Below, one piece after another: positions 49,662 to 61,200 of a stretch of DNA of 64,000 bases. The translations under genes were made by a program, and so were the position numbers. The notes under the pieces are model-generated. The model ran no database searches, was not told the origin of the DNA, and saw nothing but the letters and a program-made list of their open reading frames with translations. The number at the start of each line of letters is the position of its first letter. Position 1 is the stretch's first letter. This stretch comes from Thermoanaerobaculia bacterium (GTDB taxonomy: Bacteria > Acidobacteriota > Thermoanaerobaculia > Multivoradales > Multivoraceae): positions 2,464,001 through 2,528,000 of the forward strand of contig OY761158.1 of assembly GCA_963664405.1 (NCBI GenBank). Reading direction: 5' to 3'.

Positions 49662-51113
49662 GTCGGAGGGCTGGCGGCGCAACACGATCGCCCGCCATCT
49701 GGGAATCCATCACTCGACGGTCACTCGAGTCCTTCGACGCGAAGGGCTGAGCCGGCCTCGATCGCCGCGACGAGCGTCCATGGTCGATCGCTTCGTCCCC
49801 TTCATCCAGGAAGTCTTTGAGCGCTACCCGGAGCTGCCGGCGAGCGTGCTCTACGAGATGGTCAAGAAGCGTGGCTATCCCGGTGGGGAGGATCACTTCC
49901 GCCACTGCATTGCCGAGCTCGGCCTGCGCCCCCGCAAGGCGCCCGAGGCTTTCTTTGTGCTCCGTACGCTTCCCGGCGAACAGGCCCAGGTCGACTGGGC
50001 CCACTTCGGCACGCGAAAGGTCGATGGGGGAGAGCGCCGTCTCTACGCCTTCGTCATGGTGCTGAGCTACTCGCGAGCTCTCTTTCTGCACTTCTTCTAC
50101 GACGCTCGTCTCCCGAGCTTCCTGACCGGGCATGTCCTCGCCTTCTCCTTCTTTGAGGGTCTGGCCAAGATCCATCTCTACGACAATCTGCGCAGCGCTG
50201 TCCTCGAGCGGCGCCGCAGCGCCATTCGCTTTCATCCACGGCTTCTCGAGCTTGCCGACTTCTACGGCTTTGATCCAAGGCCCGTTGCTCCCAGACGAGG
50301 AAACGAAAAAGGTCGCGTCGAACGGGCCATTCGTTTTGTGAGAACTTCCTTCTTTCCGCTGCGTCGCACCTGGGACAGAGAAGCGCTGAACCGGGACGCT
50401 CTGGAGTGGTGTCGCGACCGAGCGATGAAGCGCCCGTGGCCCCAGGACCGGCGTCGCACCGTCGAGCAGGCCTATCTCGAGGAGCGCTCTCATCTCGTGA
50501 GCCTTCCCCCGCAGCCTTTCCCCTGCCACGAATGGGTCGAGCGGATCACACGGCGCACTCCTTACCTGAGCTTCGATGCGAATCGCTACTCGATCCCGCA
50601 TGATCGCATTGCGCGCTCGCTACAGATTGCCGCAGACCCGGAGCGCGTGCGCATCTTCGATCGCGAGGAGCTCATCGCCGAGCACATAAGGTCCTGGGAC
50701 AAGGGCCGAGTCATTGAAGACCCCCGTCACCTAGAAGAGCTGGAACGACAGAAACGCGAGGCACGTACACAGCGCGGCCAGGACTACCTGCTGCGTACGG
50801 TGCCTCAGGCCGAAGAGCTCCTGCGGGAGCTGGCCCGACGGCAGAGACGACTCTCGAGTGCCGTCGCCAGACTCCTCGAGCTCCTTGCCGAGAGTGGACC
50901 CAGGGAGCTCGCAGTGGCGATCGCCGAGGCCCTCGAAAAAGGATCCCCGCACCCCGAAGCGGTGCGACTCATCCTCGATCGTCGGCGCCACGAGCGGGGA
51001 CTCCTACCCGCTCTGCCTGTCCAGCTCCCCGACGATCCCAGGATCCGGGAGCTCACGGTCACTCCCCATGCACTGGCCGACTACGACAACCCCAACGACG
51101 AGGAGGACGACGA

Positions 51114-51117
<4 letters not shown>
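49618..51117 (+). CDS. istA: IS21 transposase IstA
   Basis: N-terminal HTH, PGEQAQVDW, LSYSR, YDNL and KGRVERAIR. Confidence 0.93.
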
Positions 51118-51880
<763 letters not shown>

Positions 51881-51884
<4 letters not shown>

Positions 51885-52234
51885 CCCGACAGGAGTATCT
51901 CGTCGAGCTGATCCGCCTCTACCTCGACGCTCCTGCCACACCGCCTAGACCCCGCCGCCGAGACTGGGCGATCGCCGCCCAGCTCTATCGAGCCGCCGTC
52001 CCCCTGGAAGAGCTCGCCCACGCCATTCGACTCGCCACCTTGCGACGCTGCCTCAGCACCGATCCTCTGCCGCAGATCCACTCACTCGCCTACTACCGCA
52101 CCGTACATCGAGCCCTGACCAACGACGAGCTCGACCCTCTATACGTCCGATACATCCAGCTTCGCCACCGCTCCCTTCTCGACGAGGACGAATCCAAAAG
52201 CGCCACTACACAGCCGGATTCCCGCGCCTTCTGA
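51881..52234 (+). CDS. IS21-associated hypothetical protein
   Basis: GTG start overlaps the istB stop (GTGA); 'YL..P.TP.RP...D...A.QLY...VPL...IHSLAYY'; ends inside the right IR. Confidence 0.7.
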
Positions 52235-53071
52235 CCGCCGATAACATCCGGATGGGCGCCTACAGTTCTCCTGTCGCCGTGGGTACTCTGCGGAGTCCAT
52301 TCTTGGACGCCGCTCTCCGTTCGGATCTTTCCCGATGTTGGAGCCGGCTCTACGAGAGCACCTGATGCTGGACGAGGACCACGAGCAGACTCTGTACCCG
52401 GACTGGGTTCAGGGCTCGTGTCTGATGATGCGCCGGGACGTCTTCAGCATGCTCAGTGGCTTTGACGAGAGATTCTTCTTGTATTTCGAGGATTACGATC
52501 TCTGCAATCGGGTCCGAGCCAGAGGTCTATCGGTGGTATACGACCCGCAGGCGGAAGTGATTCACCACTACGCCAGGCTCAGTCGACGACCGGTGTTGGG
52601 CGGAGCTTGGTGGCTGCATCTGGCCAGCGCCCTTCGTTACTACGCAAAGGCTCGGACACTGCGGGCCGTACGAGCGGCTTGACAAGATCATGAGAACGAG
52701 ATCATGAATCCTCGCCTAGCCTTGAGAGTGAGCACGATAATCGATGGCGGTCCGATCACGATAAGTGATGGTCGCGTAGCCTTTTGAAGGACTTAGCCGA
52801 AGCTGCGTTTCGCTGCCACTTGCCTCAGACGGTCTTGTTCACAGTATTTGATGGCGATTCGAGGAAACCCGATCACGTTGTCTGGTGGGAATGGGTGTTC
52901 CGTTCAAGGTATCTGAGGGCGCAACCAGGGGCCCAAGCGCGATGGAAGCTCGGCGAACCGCCTCGATCGCCCATCAGATAGCGTGCCGTTCATCCCATCG
53001 CTGCGTGTCAGCCCTCGTTCAGCGTGATCAGCGAAAGAACAAGTATGGACTGCGCGTCAGGCCCCGACGGC

Positions 53072-54435
53072 GGATGTGTCCCGTTTTTTGTGGAAATGGG
53101 TTCAGGCGTAGTCCTCCGAGTCGTCTTTTGCTAAATCCTACCGTTTACGCGGCCCTCTCAACCTCGAGCAGGAGCTGAAGCGCCCGGTAGCCGTTAATCC
53201 TTCGCAGGTGTATCTGCCCGAAGGCGACGAGCCCCCAGAGGAGCGTGACGCCGGCAGCCTCGGTGGCAAAGGAGCCCTGGGTTTTAGTGCGGCGACGAAA
53301 CTCGCGGTTCAGGTTCTCCAGAGCGTTGGTCGTGCGCACCGAACTCCACAGCGATTTGGGGAGCTCGTAGAAGGTCAGTAGCTGGAACCCTGCCTCCTCA
53401 AGGCTGCGAGCCACCGCCGGGACTAGTCGCGACCACTTGGTGACGAACGCCGCGTAGGCCTTGCGGGCCTGTGCCGCGTCCTCGGCTCGTACGATCGAGT
53501 GCCAGTCACGCCGCAGCTCGTCGTGTGCGTGCACCGGGCAGTGTTTCTTCAGATTCTCCCACTTGTGTTGGACGCAGCGCTGGACTTTGACCTCAGGCCA
53601 AGCCTTCAGCGCCGCGGCCAGCCCTTTGTGGCCATCCGTGACCAGGTAGCGCGGAGCCTGAAGACCTCGGGCCTTCAGATCCTCGATCAGCCACTTCCAG
53701 TGCTCGGCGGCCTCGCTCGCGGCTAAACGTAAGGCCACCAGCACCTTGGTGCCGTCCGGAGTCACACCCAGCACCACCAGCACCGGTACCGAGACCACTC
53801 GACGGGCCAAGCGGACCTTCAGGTGAAAGCCATCGAGAAACAGAAGCACGTAGGACTCCTCCGACAGATCGCGCTCACTCCAGCGAGCAAAAAGCTCCTT
53901 CAGCCGAGACACCACACGCGAAACTGCGCTCTTGGACAGGTGCTCCTCACCCAGCAGCGGAGCCAATGCCTTCTTGATCCGGCGGCTGTTAGCGCCAGCC
54001 AGATACGCACCCAGGATCGCGTCATCGACCTCCTGCGTACGACGAGCGTAACGCGGCACGATCGCACTGCGAAACTCTACGCTGGCCCCATCCTCGCCGA
54101 CTAGCCGTCCTCGTGGAATGTCCAGTTCCTTCGACCCACACGCCGTCGTGATCAGACGACGCTGCTTGCCGTTGCGATAGCCCGCACGCTCGCCTGAACG
54201 CTCGTAGGCGCTGCAGCCCAGCGCCTCGGACAGCTCTTCCTCGAGTGTGATCTCGATCGCCGCACGAACACGCTCGCGTAACAACGAACGAATGTCCTGA
54301 CGGAAGCGTGCAGCTTCCCCTTCCTCGTTGATATTCTCCACCATGGCGTAATCCTCCGTTCGCCCTAACCGGCGATGTGTTTGACCACTAGGAGGTTACG
54401 CCATTCTCAATTTCCACAGCATTCGGGACGGATCC
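53072..54435 (-). mobile_element. IS256-family insertion sequence (1364 bp)
   Basis: IRs GGATGTGTCCCG..TGTGGAAAT / GGATCCGTCCCG..TGTGGAAAT; 8-bp TSD CCGACGGC at 53064-53071 and 54436-54443. Confidence 0.93.
53145..54344 (-). CDS. IS256-family transposase
   Basis: YRNG, LFLDG, VTDGHKGL, QRCVQH and RTTNALENLNREFRRR. Confidence 0.93.
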   Translation of the reverse strand: MVENINEEGEAARFRQDIRSLLRERVRAAIEITLEEELSEALGCSAYERSGERAGYRNGKQRRLITTACGSKELDIPRGRLVGEDGASVEFRSAIVPRYARRTQEVDDAILGAYLAGANSRRIKKALAPLLGEEHLSKSAVSRVVSRLKELFARWSERDLSEESYVLLFLDGFHLKVRLARRVVSVPVLVVLGVTPDGTKVLVALRLAASEAAEHWKWLIEDLKARGLQAPRYLVTDGHKGLAAALKAWPEVKVQRCVQHKWENLKKHCPVHAHDELRRDWHSIVRAEDAAQARKAYAAFVTKWSRLVPAVARSLEEAGFQLLTFYELPKSLWSSVRTTNALENLNREFRRRTKTQGSFATEAAGVTLLWGLVAFGQIHLRRINGYRALQLLLEVERAA

Positions 54436-54733
54436 CCGACGGCCCGCCTTCGGCGGGGATGATGCCGACGGACCTAGTCTTGAGCACACTACTTGAGGGA
54501 CCAAACACCCTTCCCTCACCTACCGTGCTCAGAATGGCCAACATTCCCATCGATTATCGTGCTCACTCTCACTAGCCTCGTGTTTCGCTGCCGCCCTGAC
54601 CACGGGCCTGCTGATCGCGACAGCCCTAGCTTCGTTCAGCGTCGGAGTCGAGGCCCTCACTCTGTCGGCGACGGATCTCTCGAACCAGCAGCCGACCTCT
54701 CCCGAATGGCTCGCCCAACGCGGAGTCCTTTCG

Positions 54734-56200
54734 ATGACCCCCATCCTGTGGGACAACATCGGCAACCCGCCGGCACCCTCGGGCTCCCTTCAGTACGGAC
54801 CCCCGGCAGCTTTCGAAGCCGGGTATTCGAATTTCACGCTCAATCAGCTCGGTGACCGCAGAACTCTCATCGACGACTTCGTTGTCCCCGCGGGAGTCGC
54901 TTTTTGGACCATTACAGACTTCCACTGGCGCCATAGTTGGGCAACGGCGAATAGCACCGCAACGAAAGGGTCTGGGGTCGATATCCGTTTCTTTGACAAC
55001 AACCCCAACGCAGGTGGGCCAGACCAGGCCGGCCCCGGCACGCTGATTGCCGCGCTTCTTGCGAGCGACTACCAGGAGAAGGTGACAGGCCGAACGACGA
55101 GCTCTGGGGGAGACCTCTTCCACGAGATGGAGTCCTCGGTCAACGTTTCCGCCGTGAACCTCGGACCCGGAAAATATTGGGTCGAATTCGCGATAAGCGG
55201 CCCAGAGAACAACTTCGGCTGGGCTCGCAGCCAGCTCTTCGAGCCCGCGTGGGTGAACTACAGCGACATTTCCGGACTCGAGCAGGGAGCCAGCATCTTC
55301 GGAGTCGATCGAGACCTGATGTGGGCCCTGACCGGTACCGCGACTCTCAACTTCGAACGCTGCAACCCCGACGCCATCACCCTGTGCATCGACGACGAGC
55401 CTGACGACGGCCGCTACCAGATCCGAGTCGCCTACGAAACGTCTCAGGCGGGCGGTCAGTCTGGGTTCGGCACCCCGACTCCGCTGGCAAGCATCGGCGT
55501 CCACCGAGGTGGGCTCATGACCTTTTTCGGGGCCGAGAACCCGGAGATGGTGATCAAGGTCCTGGACGGATGCTCAATCAACGGGAACAAGTGGATCTTT
55601 TACGCTGCCGGAACGAATGTAGGGCTCGAGACCGAAGTGACGGACACCCTCACCGGACGCCAAGTCGTCTACACCAACCTCGACCTCAACGCCGCGCTTC
55701 CGGTACAAGACGTCGGTGCATTCCCGTGTGATGGCAGTGCCGGTAGCGTCTTCACCCCCGAGGCAATGGACTTCGACTTTGATCGAGATTTGGTATCGGG
55801 GAGCGGGCCGCAGCTTCCGTGTATCGCCAACGACACGACCTTGTGTATCGACGACGCAACCGGCGACAAGCGATGGCAAATTCGAGTCGCCTTCATGACC
55901 TCGCAGGCTGGAGGGGTGGAGGGTCTCGGATCTGCGACTCCCCTGTCACAGTTGGGCGTCGACCGAGGGGGCTTGATGACGTTCTTCTCGGCGGACAATC
56001 CGGAGATGCTGATCAAGGTGCTCGACGGTTGTTCCATCAACGGGAATAAGTGGGTCTTTTACTCGGCAACGACCAACGTCGCCCTGGAAACGACCGTTAC
56101 CGATACTCAGACCGGATCATGGGTCCAATATCTGAACCCCGACCGCAACGCCGCCCCACCGGTACAGCACACGGCAGCGTTCCCCTGCTCACCGTCCTAG
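54734..56200 (+). CDS. Secreted protein with two C-terminal 'KVLDGC..NG..W' repeats; true start probably upstream
   Basis: Two ~115-aa repeats (LCIDD...GLMTFF..NPEM.IKVLDGCSINGNKW.FY...TNV...AFPC); an in-frame signal-like segment lies upstream of 54734. Confidence 0.8.
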   Translation: MTPILWDNIGNPPAPSGSLQYGPPAAFEAGYSNFTLNQLGDRRTLIDDFVVPAGVAFWTITDFHWRHSWATANSTATKGSGVDIRFFDNNPNAGGPDQAGPGTLIAALLASDYQEKVTGRTTSSGGDLFHEMESSVNVSAVNLGPGKYWVEFAISGPENNFGWARSQLFEPAWVNYSDISGLEQGASIFGVDRDLMWALTGTATLNFERCNPDAITLCIDDEPDDGRYQIRVAYETSQAGGQSGFGTPTPLASIGVHRGGLMTFFGAENPEMVIKVLDGCSINGNKWIFYAAGTNVGLETEVTDTLTGRQVVYTNLDLNAALPVQDVGAFPCDGSAGSVFTPEAMDFDFDRDLVSGSGPQLPCIANDTTLCIDDATGDKRWQIRVAFMTSQAGGVEGLGSATPLSQLGVDRGGLMTFFSADNPEMLIKVLDGCSINGNKWVFYSATTNVALETTVTDTQTGSWVQYLNPDRNAAPPVQHTAAFPCSPS

Positions 56201-56362
56201 ACCAGCGTTTCCAGAGTTCGCGCACATATCTCGGCCCCTTCTGCCCGCTGGCAGCGTTGCGCCTCCTCGACATATTGCCCAATATGCCTGCGTCGGCGCG
56301 CCTGGCCAGCGAACAGAATGAGCTCGAGCTATGCAGCCCGAACTTTGGAAACGCTGGTCTAG
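56197..56362 (+). mobile_element. MITE copy 3
   Basis: Same terminal repeats (one mismatch); the left CTAG contains the stop codon of the upstream gene. Confidence 0.92.
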
Positions 56363-56383
56363 AGAAGCCTGTGGCCACGCCGG

Positions 56384-58060
56384 TCAGCGGCGATCGTTGG
56401 CCAGGCCTTCGAGACCGACGGTCTGATTGAGAAGCTCCGCCTTGGCCTCCGCCGCTCGGGAATCAAGCGGATAGGCGTCAAGATGGCGATCGATCCAATC
56501 GAGACCTTCTTCGTACCTTCCAAGTTGGCCGAGTCCGATTGCGATGTTCAAACGCACCGCAGAGAAACCTGGGGCGTCGTTGTCGATCTCCTCGAGGAGT
56601 CGGACCCCCTCTTCCGAAGGCCCCGGGGAAATGCGCGATACGGCCGCACGATACCGGTGCTCGAGTGGCAGCGGCCCTACCGACTCTGCCGCCTCCCAGA
56701 GGCCCTTCTCCGTGCCGAGAAGCCCTAGGTCGCCAGCCAAGAGAGCCCTTCTCGTCAGGTTGCTCGATACCACCATGGGTAAGAGAAACAGCGTGACGAC
56801 TACCAGGCTCGCCACCAGCGGCAGACTGTGAGCTAGCGACAATCTGGAGCCCCCAGTGCTCGACAGACCGACCGTTCCATACCTCGAGCCGACCACCCCC
56901 AGGATCGGCCAGAAGCTGACCCAGCCGGCGTAGCTAAAGAAATTGACGTCATAGAGGTTGGTGACCACCCAACCGCAAAGCGCCCAAACCAGCCAGTCAG
57001 TTCTCCAAGCTCGGTGTCGAAGCGCTGCAGCGAAGACCTTCGCCGGGAGCCACAGCACGCAGAGGAGACCAAGAACGCCGAGCTCGATAAAGAGCTCGGC
57101 GGGCAGATTGTGGGCGTGTAGAAAGACCAGGCCCGCGGACTGACCGCTTCCTCTATTCGCGAGCTCCTCGGGTATTCTGTGCGCAAAGGACCCTAGCCCT
57201 AGCCCTACTACCGGGTTTTCCAGGCCCAGGCCCCCGAGAGCACGGTAGAGATCAGCTCTGACTTGAAAGGTCTCCGTGCGAGTCAGGACCTGAGCGACCT
57301 CACGCCGCTGCACGATCACGGACAGCCAGACCACAAACGCCACAAAGAGGACGGCCACAACCCTGCGAGTGACCTTATGACGCAGCGCTACGACGAAGAG
57401 GCCCATCGACGCCAGGAGGATCGGGAATCTCGCCCCGGTCGCAAGTAGCCCCAGGTAGGTGGGGACAACGGCGGCGCCTGCCCATCGCCGGACCGCCTTC
57501 TCGCCAGCCTCCCGCACGTCGAGCGCAGCAAACAGGCTCACCAAAAGGAAGATGGCAGTGAAGTTGCGGTGACCCAGAGTCGTTACGACTCGGTACATCC
57601 AGCTCTCGGAGGGGTAGCTAAAGAAGTCGAGCCCGAGTGCCTGGGCGATCGCATACACCCCCAGGACCGAGCCCGACAGGGCCATCAACCTCAAACCGAG
57701 CCGCTGCGACTCCTCAGCTAGGGCCCTGAAATAGACAAAGCTGGCGCCGCCGACAATCATCAGCGCAACGAAGCGCATACCTTCGGCCCTCGGCGCCCCG
57801 CCGCCAATATGCAGGAGCACCGCCAACACGACGCCCAGAAGTGGCAAGAGCTCGCGAGAATAGTGGCCCATCCGATCACGAAGGCTCCTGCAGAGAGTGA
57901 CCGCCACAAGGATGGCCAGGGCAGCCAACAGCCAACGGAGCAGAGCCGGATCGGCAACGAACCTGAAGATCCCAAGAGGGTTGGCGACCAGGATGATCCA
58001 GAGCGGGAGGGCCTCACCCAGGCGCTCGAGGGTGGTTCCCGTCGGGCTGGCGCGGTTCAG
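56384..58060 (-). CDS. O-antigen ligase (Wzy_C) family membrane protein with a C-terminal TPR
   Basis: TLGHRNF, ATGAR, R..LY.....NPVVGLGLGSF and HAHN..E..IELG..G; the frame extends to a CTG at 58060. Confidence 0.82.
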   Translation of the reverse strand: MNRASPTGTTLERLGEALPLWIILVANPLGIFRFVADPALLRWLLAALAILVAVTLCRSLRDRMGHYSRELLPLLGVVLAVLLHIGGGAPRAEGMRFVALMIVGGASFVYFRALAEESQRLGLRLMALSGSVLGVYAIAQALGLDFFSYPSESWMYRVVTTLGHRNFTAIFLLVSLFAALDVREAGEKAVRRWAGAAVVPTYLGLLATGARFPILLASMGLFVVALRHKVTRRVVAVLFVAFVVWLSVIVQRREVAQVLTRTETFQVRADLYRALGGLGLENPVVGLGLGSFAHRIPEELANRGSGQSAGLVFLHAHNLPAELFIELGVLGLLCVLWLPAKVFAAALRHRAWRTDWLVWALCGWVVTNLYDVNFFSYAGWVSFWPILGVVGSRYGTVGLSSTGGSRLSLAHSLPLVASLVVVTLFLLPMVVSSNLTRRALLAGDLGLLGTEKGLWEAAESVGPLPLEHRYRAAVSRISPGPSEEGVRLLEEIDNDAPGFSAVRLNIAIGLGQLGRYEEGLDWIDRHLDAYPLDSRAAEAKAELLNQTVGLEGLANDRR

Positions 58061-58838
58061 ATCCTGCCTCCTCGAGCAAGAGTCCAGAGAGCGCGATCCA
58101 AGAAACCACCGTAGCGCCCTAGAAAGCGGATCTCGTTGCTTCGAATGACTTCGCGCAAGGACTCAGCAGATCGTGGCTGGTGCCGAGCCTTCCATGACGA
58201 GCTCACCACCGATCTGAGTCCCGCCAGCTGAAGGCGACGCCCGAAGTCCTGATCCTCCCCGGCCGAAACGTACACAGGGTCGTATCCTCCAACCTGATCG
58301 AAGGTCCCGCGAAGCATCGTAACTGCCGATCCGAGAACCCAAGGGACTGTCACCTCTTCGCCGTTCGCCGCAGCTTCCAAGACGCGCTTGTCGAATCGCT
58401 CTTCATCCCAGAAACACGCCGGACTGCCCTCCGGACACCAGGGAACTCACCCCATGAGATCGAAGCCCGATCCTGTGCATCGAGGGTAAGGGCGCCAACC
58501 GCTCCGATCGCCTGCCCCAGAGACTGCAGGGCTCGGCGCCGATCGAAGAAGAGGAGCTCAGCATCGGGGCTCAGAAACATGAGCATCTCGCCCTGCGTCT
58601 TGCTGACACCGAGGTTGGCTCCTGCCGCATAGCCCAGGTTCGAACCTGCGAAGACGACCGACGGCTCCACTGGGGAAAGCTGCGTCTCCAGCCCGTCCGC
58701 CAGGTCTCCGGCGTTGTCCACGACCACGACATCGAGAAGATCTCCACCGATCTTGGCGAGCGAGTCCAGAGCCGCAGGCAGCGTGGCTCCATGGCCAAAG
58801 CTCACGATGACTACAGATACTCCTCCCCGGGTCGTCAT
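58057..58838 (-). pseudogene. GT2 glycosyltransferase with a frameshift near 58410
   Basis: VSVVIVSF...VVDNA...NLGYAAGAN.G in one frame; WVLGSA...GGYD..Y...EDQDF in another. Confidence 0.78.
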
Positions 58839-59833
58839 ACTCGGCTACATCGATGGGCACGTGTGAAACGCAAAAGCTCAGTCGAATCCCGCAGCAAGCC
58901 GAATAGCCTGTCGTCACCAACCGTACGCCCACTCAGCGTCGACGCACGCTTCTCCAAGAGCGCACGAGCGCGCACTGCCCCATCGATCAATCCGAAGGCA
59001 TATTGAAGGGGATGACGACTCTTCACTGCATGGCGCACGAATTGCCTTCCACAAGTGAGTGCAGCGCCGGGACACGTAGCCAAAAGGACTCTCCAGGGAA
59101 GATTCTTGAGAAGCATCTGAACCCAATTGCGCCCCAGAAGACGAACGACCTCACCGTTGCTCGTCCCGCCGGTGGTCAACTGCCCGGTATGGCGGACCCT
59201 GGCTCCCGGTATGGCGACACAGCGCCAGCCGCGCAGCTGCGCCCTCAAGCTGAGATCGAGGTCCTCCAGATAGGTACCGAAAGCCTCGTCAAAGCCGCCA
59301 ACATCCCGCAAGAGCTCTCGGCGATAGACGGCTGCGGTAGCAGGTGCCCCCAGGACCTCGAGTGGCTCGCAAAAGTGATCGACGCTCGAAACACCATTGC
59401 CGACTTGGAAGGGGAAGCATGAGAGAGAAAGACCTTCGCCAAAGGAGTCGAGGATCTCGGGACGATCTCGGCGAACGACCTTGCTGGCAGCGAAACCGAA
59501 CCTCCGGTCGCTCTCGAGAGTCTCCACGGCCGACTCGAGCCAGCATGGCTCGGGCTCCGTATCGTTGTTGAGCACAGCAACATAGGACCCCCGCGCGGCT
59601 TGGAGACCCAGATTAGCGGCAGCGGCAAAGCCCACAGGCCACTCGCGCGTGATCGCACGGATATCTGGGAAGATCTCTCTCGCCCGCTCAACCGAGTCGT
59701 CTTCAGAACCGTTGTCGACGAGGATCACTTCGAAGCGGTCCATCTCTTGGGAGTCGAGCGCTAGAAGACAGGCAACCAGCGCCTCTCGCTGATTGAAGTT
59801 GGGGATGACGATCGAAACCTCAATCGAGCGCAT
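58835..59833 (-). CDS. GT2 glycosyltransferase
   Basis: SIVIPNFN, VDNGSED, GFAAAAN.G, LNNDT and GGFDEAF..YLEDLDL. Confidence 0.9.
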   Translation of the reverse strand: MRSIEVSIVIPNFNQREALVACLLALDSQEMDRFEVILVDNGSEDDSVERAREIFPDIRAITREWPVGFAAAANLGLQAARGSYVAVLNNDTEPEPCWLESAVETLESDRRFGFAASKVVRRDRPEILDSFGEGLSLSCFPFQVGNGVSSVDHFCEPLEVLGAPATAAVYRRELLRDVGGFDEAFGTYLEDLDLSLRAQLRGWRCVAIPGARVRHTGQLTTGGTSNGEVVRLLGRNWVQMLLKNLPWRVLLATCPGAALTCGRQFVRHAVKSRHPLQYAFGLIDGAVRARALLEKRASTLSGRTVGDDRLFGLLRDSTELLRFTRAHRCSRV

Positions 59834-60908
59834 GCGCTGCCTCGCGGATTTCCTGGTAAAGAGCCAGGAGCTTCGACACTACGGCCCCGGGGGAATACTC
59901 GCCTGGAGAGAAATGCTGCGACCGCCTCTCGCCGGCACGGACGGCTTGAACACACGAAACGGCCGAGCTGGGGTCCCGTAGATCAAAGAGGTGGACACAA
60001 TCGCCGAGCACCGTAGCGGCTGGATGCCCATTCGGGATCAAGGCCTCACAGCCGCGGCCGAGGGCTTCCAACGTCGTAAGCCCGAAGTTCTCGGCCGTGC
60101 TCGGGAGAATGTGAGCCACCGCGTGCTCGAGCACTGCGGCCACCCCTCCGCGATCGAGTCCGCCAAGAAAGAAGGAGCGGCGAGATCGCCCGACATCCCT
60201 GCGAAATCGAGACGCATAGAGTGGCCGTTTCGGGTTGGTACGCCCGGCAAACACAAGCTTGAGATCGGACTCGATCCCCGAGCGAAGGAGCCAGCGTTGG
60301 TTCTTGAGTGGTTCGATACGGCCAATGCTCGCGACATAGGGTCGTAGCTCCCGAACTTCTTCCGAAATCGCACTGTCGCCAGGCACCAGATCCAGTGGAG
60401 GGACAATGACGGCCGAGGGTTAGCGAAGAAACTCGGGATAAGCCTCCAAGAAGGCATGCTTCTCTGCAGGAGTATGAAAGGTGAGGCCTTCAACCCTCTC
60501 GGCAAGGCGTGCGACCGCGGCTCCGGGCATCCAGTGCCGAGAGGGCCTGGCATCGCCCCGGACGAGGTTTGCCACGGAGCGCGCACTCCGCGTGAATCGC
60601 GACAGCCTGCTGTTGAGGCGACTTGGAGTCGTCCGCAGGTCGTGGTCCTTCCACCCATGGACGGGGGAAAAGACGACAGCCGCCCCCGGAAAGCTCCGAT
60701 TAGCGTCCAGAAACGCCCCTAGCTCGGCAGCACGATCGATGTTGAAGAGATGAACAATCTCCCAACTTCCATCGGGAGCTAGGGTGGAACAGACCACCCT
60801 GGCATCGTGCCCGCGGGCGCTGAGCGCTTCCGCGAGCAGGCGGGCCTCTACGACATCACCGCCAGCAATCGTGTCGATGTCTGCCCGAAGATAAAACAGG
60901 ATCCTCAT
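59820..60908 (-). pseudogene. GT4 glycosyltransferase with an in-frame TAA at 60420-60422
   Basis: The two ORFs share a frame: GGDVV...VHLFN, then IGRIEPLKNQ...PS.AENFGLTTLEA. Confidence 0.82.
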
Positions 60909-60993
60909 CGACCTTCGTCACACCCAGGCACCCTAGCACCCGCCAGAATCTCGCACGATGCAACAGACGACTACCTCGACACCGCCGAGATCA

Positions 60994-61159
60994 CTAGACC
61001 AGCGTTTCCAAAGTTCGTGTGCAATAGCTCGAGGTCATTCTGTTCGCTGGCCAGGCGCGCCGACGCAGGCATATTGGGCAATATATCGAGGAGGCGCAAC
61101 GCCGCCAGCGGGCAGAAGGGGCCGAGATATGTGCGCGAACTTTGGAAACGCTGGTCTAG
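60994..61159 (-). mobile_element. MITE copy 4 (inverted orientation)
   Basis: Reverse complement of copies 1 and 3, with CTAG flanks. Confidence 0.92.
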
Positions 61160-61200
61160 AATCCTTCGTACTGGTCTGCAACCCGGAGGAGAATCGAAAC

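Noticed and set aside
52683-53063. Possible gene or ncRNA in the gap before IS256
   Set aside because: Only short ORFs without motifs and no recognisable RNA structure.
60958-61200. N-terminal extensions of the sulfatase, TMEM220 (33249) and SGNH (42566) ORFs
   Set aside because: They are read-through into MITE sequence; better starts lie downstream.
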